In this document: positions 51,496-64,000 of the stretch, piece after piece | Layout of the letters: every line of letters begins with the position of its first letter | How positions within the stretch are numbered: the stretch's first letter is position 1 | Source of the DNA: Chiloscyllium plagiosum | Taxonomy: Eukaryota | Assembly (NCBI RefSeq): GCF_004010195.1 | Contig: NC_057728.1 | Coordinates: 49,151,065-49,215,064 of the forward strand | Reading direction: 5' to 3' | DNA: 64,000 nucleotides | Notes under the pieces: generated by a model | Seen by the model: the letters and a program-made list of their open reading frames with translations, nothing else | What the model was told of the DNA's origin: nothing | The model's database searches: none | Made by a program: the position numbers and the translations under genes

Positions 51496-54400
51496 CCTCT
51501 CAGTCTGGGTCAACTCTTTGTTCTGGAAGACGAAGTTTCAGGTCGACCAAAGAGCACCTTTCACAGAATTGATGGTCCTCCAGGCACAGTTGGTTTTTGT
51601 CTCAGGCAATAGACCAGACAGCACAGACTGTCACATCATGGAGGTGATCAGGATGAACCTCAACGCAAACCACTGCATCTCTGCAAACTCTACAAAACAG
51701 TCACCTGAGAATGGAATCAACTCAGGTTAGCACAGTAAACTAAAATGAAATTGACTAAACCAAAATGATGTGTCAAATTACAAAGTGAGCTTTCTTGAGT
51801 GAAAGGAATTTTTGTTAACTACTGCTGCCACCCCAAAATTCTGAAACCATGACTTCAAACACAGCCACATGTGAAGGGTAGTGAATGGTTGGAGATGTCT
51901 AGTATATCCAGGAAGGTGAGGGCAGTTGCACTTTCATGTTCTTAATGTCCTTGGGTTGAGAATGATCTGAGTCTCATCTGGAACTTAGGAAAGGGAGTAG
52001 GCCATTCAACCTCTCGAGACTGCTCCACTATTCAGTGAGATCATGGCTGATCTGTAGCATAAAGCCACTACTTGCTTTTAGCCCATATCCCTTAATTTAT
52101 TTCTTAAGCAAGAAGTTTTGTGTCTCAAATTTAAAATTAACAGCTAATCCAGCACACACTGCCATTTGTGGAAGAGATTTCCAGACACCTACCATCCTTT
52201 GTGCAATCAAATGCTTCCGAACATGTCTCCTGAATGATCTGGCCCTAATTCTCAGACTATGCCCTAATTCTAGAATTCCCAATACTTTAAATGTTGTAAT
52301 TGTACCAGCCTCCACCACTTCCTCTGACAGCTCAATCCATACACGCACTACCATTTGTGTGAAAAAGTTGCCCCTTAGGTCTCTTTTTAAATCTTTCCCC
52401 TCTCACCATAAACCTTTGCCCTCCTAGTTCTGGACTCCCCCCAACCCAGGGAAAATACCTTGTCTATTTATCCTATCCATGATTTTATAAAACCTACCCC
52501 ACCTTTTCCCATTTAATACCTTGAAGACTTTGATCAGATCTCTCTTAATCTTCAAATTCTAGAGAAAAAGGCCTAATTTTTATAACATCTTTTCATATTT
52601 TAACTCCTGACATCTGGCTATCATTCTCCTAAATCTGTTCAGTTGTCATCGCATTTCTTCAACAGTGGCAAAATTTGCAGGCACCCTTGAGTCCCTGTGA
52701 ATAATCATTTCCAAGTTGCATTTTCACTTGTTGCTAGTTTTTTTGAGGTTAAGGGACACAAGTGTGGGAGAGACTTGAGGAAAAAAAATTACACTTCCTT
52801 TGTGGATTTTAGTGTCTGACATCATTGTATTTTTGTTTAAAGCTGAATGATCTCCACGTGTCTTTCATCCCAACGTGTACCTTCCAAAAGGTCTGTATCA
52901 ACCAGGTGACACAGATCTCTGCTTCAGTGTCCTTAATTTTTATTTAAAAAAACATAACATTTGTGGATACTGGAAATCTGGAAAAAAAACAATCTACTGG
53001 AGAAAGTCAGGTCTGGCTGCAGAGCATTAGTAGAGAAAGAAAGAATGTTAATGTTTTGAGTCTGATATGATATCTTCAGTATGTTTCCGTGCTTTAGAAA
53101 TGTCCTTTATAACTAAACTTTATGTTGTTTGTTTAGGTGATCACAGCAGCCATTTTGGGTCAGTTGTTGTCCTTTTTTAAAAGTCTCTGTACTTCATGAA
53201 GGTCTGGTGTATTAAACTCAGACAATAAAAGTTGTATGTCAATAGTGAAAGAAACAATGGATTGGTACTTGCCTGTTGAAAGGCTGTTTTAATTGAAGGG
53301 TTGCTGTTCATGTCGCATGACCTTTACCTGGGAAAGCTACAATTGAAACTGTGAAGTGTCACTGTTTTTCTCAGTTTGACCAATTTCATTGGATAAGGAG
53401 ATAATGATGGTCCCATCATTTACTAAGCTCCCAGATGCTCTGTTGTCCCCACTATACTCTCATCATCCCATATTCCCAGCAAGTTGTGGCAGAAAAATAT
53501 TTTGAACTGAAATGTTAAGGAAACAAATCTAACTAAAAGGCAACACTGTGTGGTGTTACACATGAATAAAATCTAAGCCTATGTCTCTGTTTTTATAAAC
53601 AAGTATATTCTGAAGACAAGAAATGCACTATTGGATGACTGAACTTTTAAAACATTTCAATAACATTTTTAAAAATAAGAAATAAAGTACTACATTGTGG
53701 TTTGAATCATGTGTTAAACTTATGGTGTGTTATTTTTGTTGCCTGTGATCAATGTTTATTGCAGCTTGGTGTTCCTGAAGATGCAGAACATGTTTGTAAT
53801 GTCTGAACTTGGCATTTTCTGTCTATGCATGAATAGTGTGCTCTCGACAATGTGTTGCCTTTGTCCCATTCTTGGCAATGGCTGTGCTCCAGCCCCTTTG
53901 GTTTTAGTGAGACTTTTGTTTGGTCGAGTGCAATGTCTTCTGGCCTTCTCGCTTCCCCTTGTTCACTCTACCAAACCGTGATTGCATGGGTTCATTCTGC
54001 TGGTGTCTGACACAAAGGGTTCACTGTGCTCCTCTGCATGTTGCTTCGGGAAGGAAAGATTTACTCCTACTGTCACTACACAGTCAGGACAGCCCACGGG
54101 TCAATCTGAACCTGAGCCTCTTCGCTACAGTATGCAGCATGTTAACTGTTTCCAAAAGAGCAGCCTTTGATTTGCCCACTTCCCACCCAGGATACTAGTG
54201 ACATTCATTGTTTTTTTTCTTAATTTTGCATATGCAAATATGCCGAATAGGATCACGGACTGGATTATCATATGAATTTTCAATGTGAGCTGACTGGAGA
54301 GATTTTCATCAGGCTCTGCTAGTAAAGTGTTTTGGCAGACAACTACAGTCAAGACTGAAATAACTTAATGCTGGTAAGTTCAGTGGTTGTTTTAGGGATG

Positions 54401-54611
54401 TGTATATGTGGATTGGTCCAACCACTGATGTCAAACAGAGCTGTATGCAAACCCTGAGCTTAACACGGGTATATGTTGTATGCTCAGATCAACTTTATTC
54501 TTGAAAATTCAGCATTTTATCCAAAGATGAATTGTAATCTGTGTGTGGAATTTAAAATAAAACATTGTAGCATTCTGCGCTGGGATGGCCATTTGATTTG
54601 TTATACCTGTA

Positions 54612-55057
54612 TGGAGGATTTGAGCTAGAGGGAGAGGCTGAACAGGCTGGGGCTGTTTTCCCTGGAGTGTCAGAGGCTGAGGGGTGACCTTATAGAGGTT
54701 TACAAAATTGAGGGGCATGATAGGGTAAATAGGCAAAGTTTTTACTGTGGTGGGGGAGTCCAGAACTAGAGGGCATAGGTTTAGGGTGAGAGGAGAAAGA
54801 TATAAAAGAGACCTAAGAGGCAACTTTTTCACACACAGGGTGGTACAGATATGGAATGCGCTGCCAGAGGAAGTGGTGGAGGCTGGTACAATTGCAACAT
54901 TTAAGAGGCATTTGGATGGGTATATGAATAGGAAGGGTTTGGAGGGATATGGGCCAGGTGCTGGCTGTTGGGACTAGATTGGGTTGGGATATCTGGTCGG
55001 CATGGACACGTTGAACCGAAGGGTCTGTTCCTTTGCTGTACATCTCTCTGACTCTAT
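54612..55057 (+). mobile_element. CR1/HER1 3' fragment
   Basis: ESRTRGHRFRVRGERYKRDLRGNFFTHRVV plus 3' UTR. Confidence 0.92.
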
Positions 55058-55620
55058 GCAGTCCTCTGAAAGCTCACATCAATGAACCTCCCATCCTGCC
55101 TCTCTTCCCAAGGCCCTGGTAAACTGCTCCCTTCAGCTATTTATTCTATTGAATGTTCCCATTAAGTTAGTTTTCACTGCCCTTTTCAGGCAGCATATTT
55201 CTGAGCAGCATAACTGCTTCTCATCTCCCCTCTGATTGTTTTGCCAATTATGTTAAATTTGTCTCCGCTTATTATATGTGGTAGTGGTGGTGGTGGTGGT
55301 GGGGATGGAGATTTTGAAGAAAGGAACTTTGCAATTTTAATCATTTTGTAGCCAAAGGCTAGATGGAGTTTAAAAAGGTGACTTTGTACAGTCTGTCCAT
55401 TAGCACATGGAAAATCCTGAAATGAGTCTCATTTAAAGTTCATTAAAAAGACTACCCTGGAAGAGGGAGAGGATTTTATAACAATGAAAACTGAATTCTT
55501 CTGCAGAACAGGCATACTGGATTTAAACCACTAATTCTCTTACTCCACTGGAGATGTCTTGGTTAATTTGTTTCATCCTTTTTTTTCCAGGGTGAGAGTT
55601 GGAATTGTTGAGGAGGAACA

Positions 55621-55644
55621 ATGGCTTTGAAGAAAGGTCTTGAG
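55621..55644 (+). CDS. GAS2L3: Candidate first coding exon of GAS2L3 (exon 55591-55644; encodes MALKKGLE)
   Basis: Strong pyrimidine tract and acceptor tccttttttttccag ending at 55590; Kozak acaATGg; 8 codons; donor GAG|gtaaag in phase 0, which fits the phase-0 exon at 58685. Parallels the short mammalian N-terminal peptide (MQPAIQ) preceding VWFG. Confidence 0.65.
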
Positions 55645-57094
55645 GTAAAGTTCTACTTTTAGTAGAATAGATGAATTGTGATTTTTACTAATTAAATGTA
55701 AAATGTTTTGAGGGCAGAATGTTGGTATTTATTTTGACTGAAAGCTTCAGGTGGAATGGGGTATTGCAGCATAATTATTCATTCCGCACTTAGTTCAAAC
55801 GTCACAGTCCAGAGTCAAGTTAGCTAGCATAGCTGAGGAAAAGGGAGAATATTGAAAATATGCAGCAGGTCACAGATGTGTTGTGATTTTTAAAAAAAAT
55901 TTGATGTCATACTTTTCATGAGTGGATCATGTGAACATACAAATCAGCAACTGAAACAGGCCATTTGGCCTTATGAGCCTGCATGCCAGTTAATTAGAAT
56001 TTGGCGAGTTTGGTTGTAGCTTCACCTCTGTATTCCTGCCTATTTATGACAACCATTGACACAGTTGTTAATCTAGAATCTTATCTCCTGTATCTCTGCC
56101 TTAAATACATTAAGTGACCTCTGTCTCCACTGCTGTTTGCGGATGAGAGTTCCAAACACACTCTACCTCTGAAAAAGAATCCTCCTTATCCTCGTCTGAA
56201 ATGGAAGAGCCTTGTTTTTAAAACAATCAGATTGTAACTTAATTTTTCTAAAATGCTGACCATCTTGTGTACTTTCAGAAACCTTTAGCTTTATTATTAT
56301 TTACTCCGTTTGAATTACCTCTGAGTTGTCAGCGGTAGCTCACTGGTCCTATCACCCCTTAGGTCAGAATGTTGAGTGTTCTGGCTTTGCTACAGGGATT
56401 TAAGAATAAATACCTTGGCTGACGGTCACTTTGCAGCACTAACAAAGTGCACAGCTGGTGGAGGTATTGCCTTTTAAACCAATGACCTGTCCACCCTCTT
56501 GAGCGGCTGTAGAAAAACCTCACATCATTTTAAAAACAGCGTTGGTTACCCTAGTGTTCTGGCCAATGTTTACTGTGAATAAGCAGATTGTGTTGGATAT
56601 TTGGCAGAGTAGTAGGCTCTTTGATCCACCAGTCCATGTCTTCACTCCCCATTTTTCCCCTTTTTTCACTACCACATGTCTCTATGCTGTTTGCTTCACC
56701 TGCCAGAACTCTCATCCCACCTTCATATCTCATTCTGTGAAGAAAATTAATTTTGATTTCTTTTTGGTTTAGATATGAAACTGTACCCCATGTACATCAT
56801 CAAACGGAAACACAAGGTTCTGTTGCACTTAAGATCCCTACAGAGATTAATAATGTTGAAAAAGATTTTATTTCTTGGTGGGATGTAAAGGGATCACATG
56901 ACAAGGCTTTTACTGCATCAAACAACTTAGAATAAACATTGGCTAAACATTAAAGTACAACAAATGCTGGAAATCTGAACTGAAAATAGGAAATGCTGCA
57001 GAAACTCTGGTTTGCCAGTATCTTGGAGAGAGAAAGTTAACATTTCCATTCCACTATCATTCTTGCAGAGTTTCTTCGGAATGTTCTGTCTCTA

Positions 57095-57516
57095 AGGGAA
57101 AAGACTTTATCTATTTATCCTATCCATGCCCCTCACAATTTTGTAGACCTCTATAAGGTCACCCTTCAGCCTCCGACGCTCCAGGGAAAACAGCCCCAGT
57201 CTGTTCAGCCTCTCCCTCGAGCTCAAATCCTCTAACCCTGGCAACAACCTTGTAAACCTTTTCTGAACCCTTTCGAGTCCAGAAGGGGCAATGTTTTCAG
57301 AGGATGGGACGTGTATGGAATGAGCTGCCAGAGGAAGTGGTGGAGGCTGGTACAATTAAAAGGCATTTGGATGGGTATATGAATAGGAAGGGTTTGGAGG
57401 GATATGGGCTAGGTGCTGGCAGTTGGGACTAGATTGGGTTGGGATATCTGGTTGGCATGCACTAGTTGGACTGAAGGGTCTGTTTCCATGCTGTACATCT
57501 GACTCTATGACTCTAA
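57095..57516. mobile_element. CR1/HER1 3' fragment with a 5' inversion
   Basis: 57095-57275 is reverse CR1 (ERVQKRFTRLL...GMDRINR); 57276-57516 is the adjacent forward part through the tail. Confidence 0.85.
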
Positions 57517-58684
57517 ACGTTTACTTAGTTGGCAACTAATGCTCAAAATACGAAACTGATATTCATTATTAGTTTCTTGAACCCACATTGCAGTTATTTT
57601 TTATATTTTACTCTCTACAGAATTTATCATCTTTACAGGAATGAGAAGCAGTCCAGAGTTACTCTTATTCCCCTACCGATCAAACTTCATTTGAGTCATA
57701 AATCAAATCCTTTCCCTCTGACTCTTGAATTACTGAATTGGCTTTGGCAACAATGCTCACACCGATCAATTTGTTTCTCCCAGCTTTGCAGGGGTTGAGT
57801 ATTTTGATGTCCTTATTTCCACTGGCCTCTTCAACCAGTCTCTCACCTGCATTCTGCCTGAACTAACAAAGAATCTTTTTTCCCTGCTGTTCACAGCAAC
57901 TGCTCTTTTCCTATCTTGCTGTCAAGGGTTTTTCACTTGGGCCGTTCAGGAGTCTGTGTCTGTTCATGGCAAAGCTAGGTACTCTGCGTTTTCTCTTCAG
58001 GTGGTAAATCAAATATGTGGGATTCAATAGCACCTTACTGTAGTCTGTCCCTACTACCACTAGGCCATTTGTTCTTATCATTTAGCAGACTAAGTAGTTT
58101 GCATGTCCCTTTCTCATTCATTTTACCTTGAATGAAAGAGTGATTTTCAACCATAAACTGTAACATAACCTTGGAGCATCTAGCAGTCACAATGTTCTGC
58201 AGAAGAGCAGTGGAGTTATCATCTAAATCTTCGCTAATATTTAGCCTTCCTCGCAAACATGTAAAGGATTTTCGTGCCATGATCCCATTGCTGGGGTTCT
58301 AGAAGCTTGCTGTGTAATAATGGTTAAAACCAAAAAAAATGGAAATTGCTGTAAATGAGAAACAAAAACTGGAAGAACAGTTCTGAGGAAGGGTTGCTCA
58401 ACCTTAACTCTGATTTCTTTCCACAGATGTTGCCTGACCTCCGAGCTTTTTCAGCAATTTCTGTGTGTATCTGTTTGTGTAAAAATGGTTGCTATTTTTC
58501 CTAGATTGCAGTTGTAAACACACTTTAAATGTTCTTCATTTCCTGGGAGGGATTTTGGGATATGTTGAGGCTATGTGCATGGTGCTATTTCATAGAATCT
58601 CTACAGTGCACATAGGGGCCATCTGGCCCATCGAGCCTCCACTGATATTTGATTACAAATTCTCTCTGTCTCATGTTTCTGTAG

Positions 58685-58850
58685 ATGTGGTTCGGTGATT
58701 CACCCACGTGCTCCAGAAGCCCTTTGATTCCCAGGCATGGACCGGGACTTGCGGATGTGACTCAGTACGATCAGTGGTTGGCTGTGCGGCATGAGGCCAG
58801 CCTAGTGCCAATGCAGGAAGACCTGTCCATCTGGTTAAGTGGGATGCTTG
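58685..58850 (+). CDS. GAS2L3: GAS2-like protein 3, coding exon (N-terminus and start of the CH domain)
   Basis: Translates [56 protein letters not shown], closely matching the recalled GAS2L3 N-terminus ([57 protein letters not shown]). Acceptor tttctgtag ends at 58684; donor G|gtgagg at 58851 (phase 1). Confidence 0.95.
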
Positions 58851-59507
58851 GTGAGGTTCACTTCAGCATCAGATCAGCAGTGCATACTCCAGCCCCTCGA
58901 ACCTGCTCAACCATCAGGACAGTCACAGCTGCCTGTCATTTCTCTTCTCTTTATTTCACTTTCTCACTTTAACACCAGAAACTTTGGTTCCTTAAGTGTT
59001 CAATTATCTATCATTCTCAGTCTTGAATGTGCAGCTGTCTTGGGTGGTGAAGACCAAAGTTTTACAGCTCTGTGGGAAAACCCCCTCCATCTTTTGGTCT
59101 TAAGAGTTGATCACTTCAACCTGACTGTCACCTTCCTCTAGGCTCTAGAGACAGGGGAAGTTTCCTCTCAGTGTCTACCTCTCCACGTCCTCTAAGAATT
59201 CGATGTGCTTGGGGAGGGGAGGCACTGACTACTCATCGTAGACGTGAACTCCTCCTTGGGTGCTGAGCCTCTCTACCCTTCCCTACCCAACTACTTTCCA
59301 AAGCCTTCCCTTGCCATCTTAGGTACTGATCCCTTCAATCCCCTTCCCTCCCCTCCCACGTGCTAGCTGTAGTCCCTCACTACTCCACCCAAGGCAAAAA
59401 AAAAGTCTCTGGAGAATGTTTTTTTTTGGTTTTAAATTTGTGGTTGCTTTCTCTCCCCCTTCTCTTATCTCAAACTCTCCCAATGAGACGAGGAATTTGT
59501 ATTCTAG

Positions 59508-59626
59508 GGAAGGAGGTGCGAGCAGCGAACTTTATGGCTGAGTTGGATAATGGAGTCGTGCTCTGTAAACTGATTGGTATTCTTCAACAGAAAGTAAAGG
59601 AATGTGGGAATCGAGAGTATCAACAG
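59508..59626 (+). CDS. GAS2L3: GAS2-like protein 3, next coding exon (CH domain)
   Basis: Acceptor attctag ends at 59507; continues phase 1 as G-KEVRAANFMAELDNGVVLCKLIGILQQKVKECGNREYQQ (ELDNGVxLCxLI is the GAS2-family CH motif); donor CAG|gtgagt at 59627. Confidence 0.95.
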
Positions 59627-61596
59627 GTGAGTCTGAGTGGTGTTCTTCCAATCTCTGAGTAATTGGAATTCCATTCCTGATGGAGATAATGTAAAAGGGA
59701 GTGTCGGGCATATAATTAATGTTGACGAGTTTTTAAGTGATCTTTGTTATGGGTACAAGGTCCAAAGAAGTTACTAATTCTGAAGGAAGATAAAATTCGT
59801 GTTATTGATATATGGCAGGGTTTTTGTTTTGTATGATCAGGGAATTTTGCAATAATTTGCGTAGTCAAGCTTTGAATCTTCCATGAAGCAATGAGACAGC
59901 ATGTGCTCAACACAGATCTGTGGATTGAAAACAGATACAGACTGTACTGAGTCAGGCTTGCTGAGTGTTTCTTGTGGTATGTTAGTAGCAGCATTCCCTC
60001 TCATGTTGTTTTCTTCTCTGATCCGAGGTCTGTGCCTGGCAGCAGCCTCTAGAACGTCAATTCAGTGCTACGATTCATGTCGGCAGAATTTTGGAGCGGC
60101 TGCACCTACAGCTAAGCAGCTAAGAGGGAAGTTTGATTAGTAGTGTTCTTATCTCTGGGCCAGGAAGCCTGGGCTCAAGTCCCGCCGATGTGTTACAACT
60201 GGTCTGAACAGTCCAAAAATATCTAAGCTTATGTTTTGCTATCAATTGATAAAATGTATTTTGTGCCATCAGCTGTCCCAGGGTCTGGAATACCATTCCT
60301 AAGATCCTCTCCCTCTTGGTGAGTCTCTTTCCTCATCCAAAATATTCCTTGAATTCTACCCATTTGACTGCATTTTTGATCACCTGTCCACATATTTCCA
60401 GAAGTGACTCACTATCAAAGTTTGTCAGATAATCCAGTGTTGCCAAGAACCTTGTTTACTATGCTAATAGGTCCGATATAAATACAAGCTGTTGTCATCG
60501 TATCAAACCCACTGTCAGTCTCTTATCTAGGTGGGCATGTTATCACCAGTGTAGGCTTTCCCTTAATTTTGTGATCCAAACCAGGAAGCTGTCCGGTTCC
60601 CATCAAAACTCAATTGATTTATTAATATCCTTTGAAGGAGGAAAACCTGTTTTCCTGCGAGTGACTCCAGTACAACATGGCTGACTATTAATTGGCATCT
60701 GAAATAGCATTGAAAGTTTGAGGACACTGTGTATTGACTTCGAATTTTGAAGTATGAGAGATGATCTCACCAAAGCACACAAAATTCTTTGCAGGGCTCA
60801 ACACGGTAAATGCTAGAAAAATATTTCCCCTGAGGGCTGTGATATTTGGAACTGGGCACAGTCTCAGGATAAGGGGCAGGACATATGTTCTCTCCTCACT
60901 CGGATGAGGTGAAACCTCTTCACTCGAAGAATGGTGAATATTTCGAATTCTCTACCCCTGGTAGCTGTGGAAGCTCAATCAGTTAACATAATCAATGCAG
61001 ATTGAGAAATGCTAATAATATTGCTGGATAGTGGGATTCTGTGGGCATATGGCATGGAAGGTAGAATAACAATGATCTAGAAGGGCAGAGCAGACTTGAA
61101 GGGCTGAATGGCCTATCACTACTTTTATATTGCTATTGCAGTTGTTCAGGAAGGACTACCATCATCTCCAGGACAATTGGAGTTTGCAATAAAGGGCAGC
61201 CTTACCAGTGACACGTTCTGAGGATTAATTGTAATTAATAAACAAGTGGCAGTGCAGAAAAATCTTGTTTCTTCTGTTTTATTATTGAGGATATCTTGAT
61301 GCTCCAAGAGCTTTTTTTTGCATGTTTCTACAAGTCAAACCTTGTAAAAGTTTCCCAACAAAATATTAGCAACAATGAGTAAATATTGTGATTGAATAAT
61401 TTATAGGGGAATATGATGGCATAGAGTAATCTCACTGGACTCGTGATCCAGAGGCCCAGAGTAATGCTGTGGAGCATGAATTCCAATACCACCATGCAGG
61501 TGCTGGAGTTTAAATTTAAGTTAGTAAAACCTCGAATTGAAAACTGGTCTCAATAATGGTGACCACAATAAAGATCATCAATTCATTCTTCTGCTT

Positions 61597-61875
61597 CACT
61601 GGTTAGCACTGCTGCCTCACAGCACCAGGGACCTGGGTTTAATTCCCGCCCCGGGCAACTATCTTTGTGGAGTTTGCACATTCTCCCCGTGTCTGCATGG
61701 GTTTTCTCCCACAGTCCAAAGATGTGCAGAATATGTGAATTGGCCATGCTAAATTGCCCATAGTGTTAGGTCAAGAGGTAAATGTCGATGAATGGGTCTG
61801 GGTGGATTGCTCTTCGGAGGGTTTGTGTGGACTTGTTGGGCCGAAGGGCCTGTTTCCACACTGTAAGTAATCTAA
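61597..61875 (+). mobile_element. HE1-type SINE
   Basis: tggttagcactgctgcctcacagcaccagggacctgggtt head, core and tail. Confidence 0.88.
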
Positions 61876-62949
61876 ACTACTTTTTTAGAAGAAAATCTGC
61901 TGTTTCTACCTGGTCTGGCCTACATCTGACTCTAAACCCACAGTAATACGTTCATCTCTTCTCTCCCCTCTGAAATGAATGAGCAAGCCAATGGTCATGA
62001 GGGACGGGCAATAAGTATTTGCCACTCATGCCCACATCCCATGAAAGAATTAGAACAAAAGCAATAGCAGACAAAGCGCTAACAAGAAGTTAGATAGGAC
62101 AGTCATTATTACTTCGAGGATGGTGAGCATTAAGTGGAGGCTAGACATGTACAAGAGGGAGAAAGGACTGGAGGGTTAACTGATGGTTGTAGATGAGGAA
62201 AGATGAAGGCGGGTCAAATTGAGCATCTGCTTGTTTCTAAGCTGTAGATTTTGTGTAATACTATTTAAGAGCACTGGAGCTGATATTAATTAGGTGTAAT
62301 GTGCACTTTAAATCACGAATCGCAACAAACCCTGGCTTGAGTATGCCTTCTTAGTGCATTTGACGAGAATCCAGTCTGCTGTGTATGTGAAAGACTATGG
62401 ATATCCAGGCTATGAAGTGGGAGATCATCCAGGTGGATCCCAAAAAGACACATTTCAACAATCTCTCTTAATGAGATTGAGAACTGTGGAGGAATCAATG
62501 GGATCTTGGCATCTCGGTACATAAAGCACTATAAGTACAGGTACAACATCTAACCAAAAGTTCAATTGAATGTGACCTAGCTTTCAAGAGGTCTGGAACT
62601 AAAGTGGAGGTAGTGTGGTGTCAGTCTGACAGAACCTTGGTCAGAATGAGTTTCGGAGCAGAGTTGGACCATTCGATCACTGTTGATACATTTCTTAACC
62701 CCATTCTCTTGCTGCCTTTCTGTAACCTTTGATGCCCTTGCTAATCAAGAACCCCTCTATCTTTCTTAATTTCACCAGTGGTCACAGGATTTGAGCCCAC
62801 ATCACCAGTGTATTAGCCTGGACCTTTGAATTATTATGACACTACCAGTATGCTCGCATCTACGCTAAGATGATTTGTTTTTGGAGGGGGCTGAGGGTTA
62901 AATTATGGCAAAGTTTCAAAGTCTGGCTTTCTGTTTCTGAGTACACAGA

Positions 62950-63262
62950 CTAGATCAGATTCCGCTACAGTGTGGAAAAAGGCCCTTCAGCCCAACAAGT
63001 CCACACTGACCCTCCAAAGAGTAACCCAATCAGACCCATTTCCTCTGACTAATGCACCTAACACTATGGAACATTTAGCATGGCCAATTCATCTGACCTG
63101 CACATTTTTGGACTGTGGGAGGAAACCGGAGCACCCGGAGGAAACCCACGCAGACATGGGGAGAATGTGCAAACTCCACACAGTCACCCAAGGCTGAAAT
63201 TAAACATGGGTCCCTGGCACTGTGAGGCAGCAGTGCTAACCACTGAGCGACCGTGCCACCCC
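62950..63262 (-). mobile_element. HE1-type SINE
   Basis: Full reverse copy. Confidence 0.9.
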
Positions 63263-64000
63263 AATTGTGATCTAATTAGGATCTTTTAGATGGTTGAGTT
63301 TGATAGGATAGATGAAGAAATCAGTTCATCTACTGGCAAGTCCAAAACAAGACAAGTTAGTCAGGATTCTTTATATTAAAGGTTCTAAGTCTGGAGTGCT
63401 CTCCTCCCATTTCATTGACAGGCTATGGATATTGAGGATCAATCAGTTGAAGTTTTTAAGTATGGGTTCAATAGATTTTTGCTGTAGATAGATGATTAAA
63501 GGTAGCTAAATGGAGATAAGCGATGAGCTAATTGATTGACAACATGCACAATGGGCTAAATGGTCTCCTCCATTCTCGAGCAATATACAAATTGCTCTCT
63601 GATATCTTCTAGTGTTTCTTTGCTCCCTTTTTTAATTGGATTGTTATCAATCTTTCAACAAATATGCACTAACCCTTCTGCAGTGCTCCCATTGAGCACT
63701 GAAAGGCAGTGTTTATTATCTCTCTCATACCTGTCACTGTTGATCACTGACTGGAACTTTGGTCTGTTAGCTAGCAGAGGAATATTAAATGCTCTTCACT
63801 GGAGACTGGTAGTCCAGTGGTTTCCACAGAGTGGTCAGTCACAGAAATGTAATGAGGTTTGATTAAAAGTGTAATTAGAAAGTTGTAAAGTTTCTGTGTG
63901 GAGATAAATGAAGCTTCTGAATGAACAGGCCGAGGGTGTTAATTAAATTGTGCGACAGATGGTGATTAGTTATTGAAAGCTCTTCTTTGCAGAAGGCAGC

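Noticed and set aside
58851..59507. Read-through extensions of the ORFs 58685-58972 and 59360-59662
   Set aside because: GAS2L3 similarity stops exactly at canonical splice sites; the extensions are intronic.
1..64000. CRISPR arrays, operons or prokaryotic defence systems
   Set aside because: The sequence is vertebrate; no repeat-spacer arrays or dense coding regions.

Overview
Repeat-rich vertebrate DNA, almost certainly elasmobranch (shark): HE1-type tRNA-derived SINEs and HER1/CR1 LINEs sharing their 3' tails dominate. The only host gene recognised is the 5' part of GAS2L3 on the + strand: a CpG-rich promoter near 36.0-36.3 kb, a candidate short first coding exon (55591-55644, MALKKGLE) and two clear exons (58685-58850, 59508-59626) encoding the start of the calponin-homology domain. 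Mobile DNA includes a near full-length decayed CR1 (43.2-47.7 kb), an internally deleted L1-clade element, a Rex1/Babar fragment, a solo LTR, a decayed Harbinger-type Myb/SANT gene and many Penelope-like (PLE) remnants. Two things stand out. First, a diverged inverted duplication (about 14.1-20.0 kb vs 24.9-32.0 kb) in which each arm preserves the empty site for insertions in the other. Second, several families of short, TSD-flanked, palindromic Penelope-derived elements carrying minimal hammerhead-ribozyme motifs with covarying stems. All calls were made by eye; no alignments or searches were run, so repeat boundaries are approximate.
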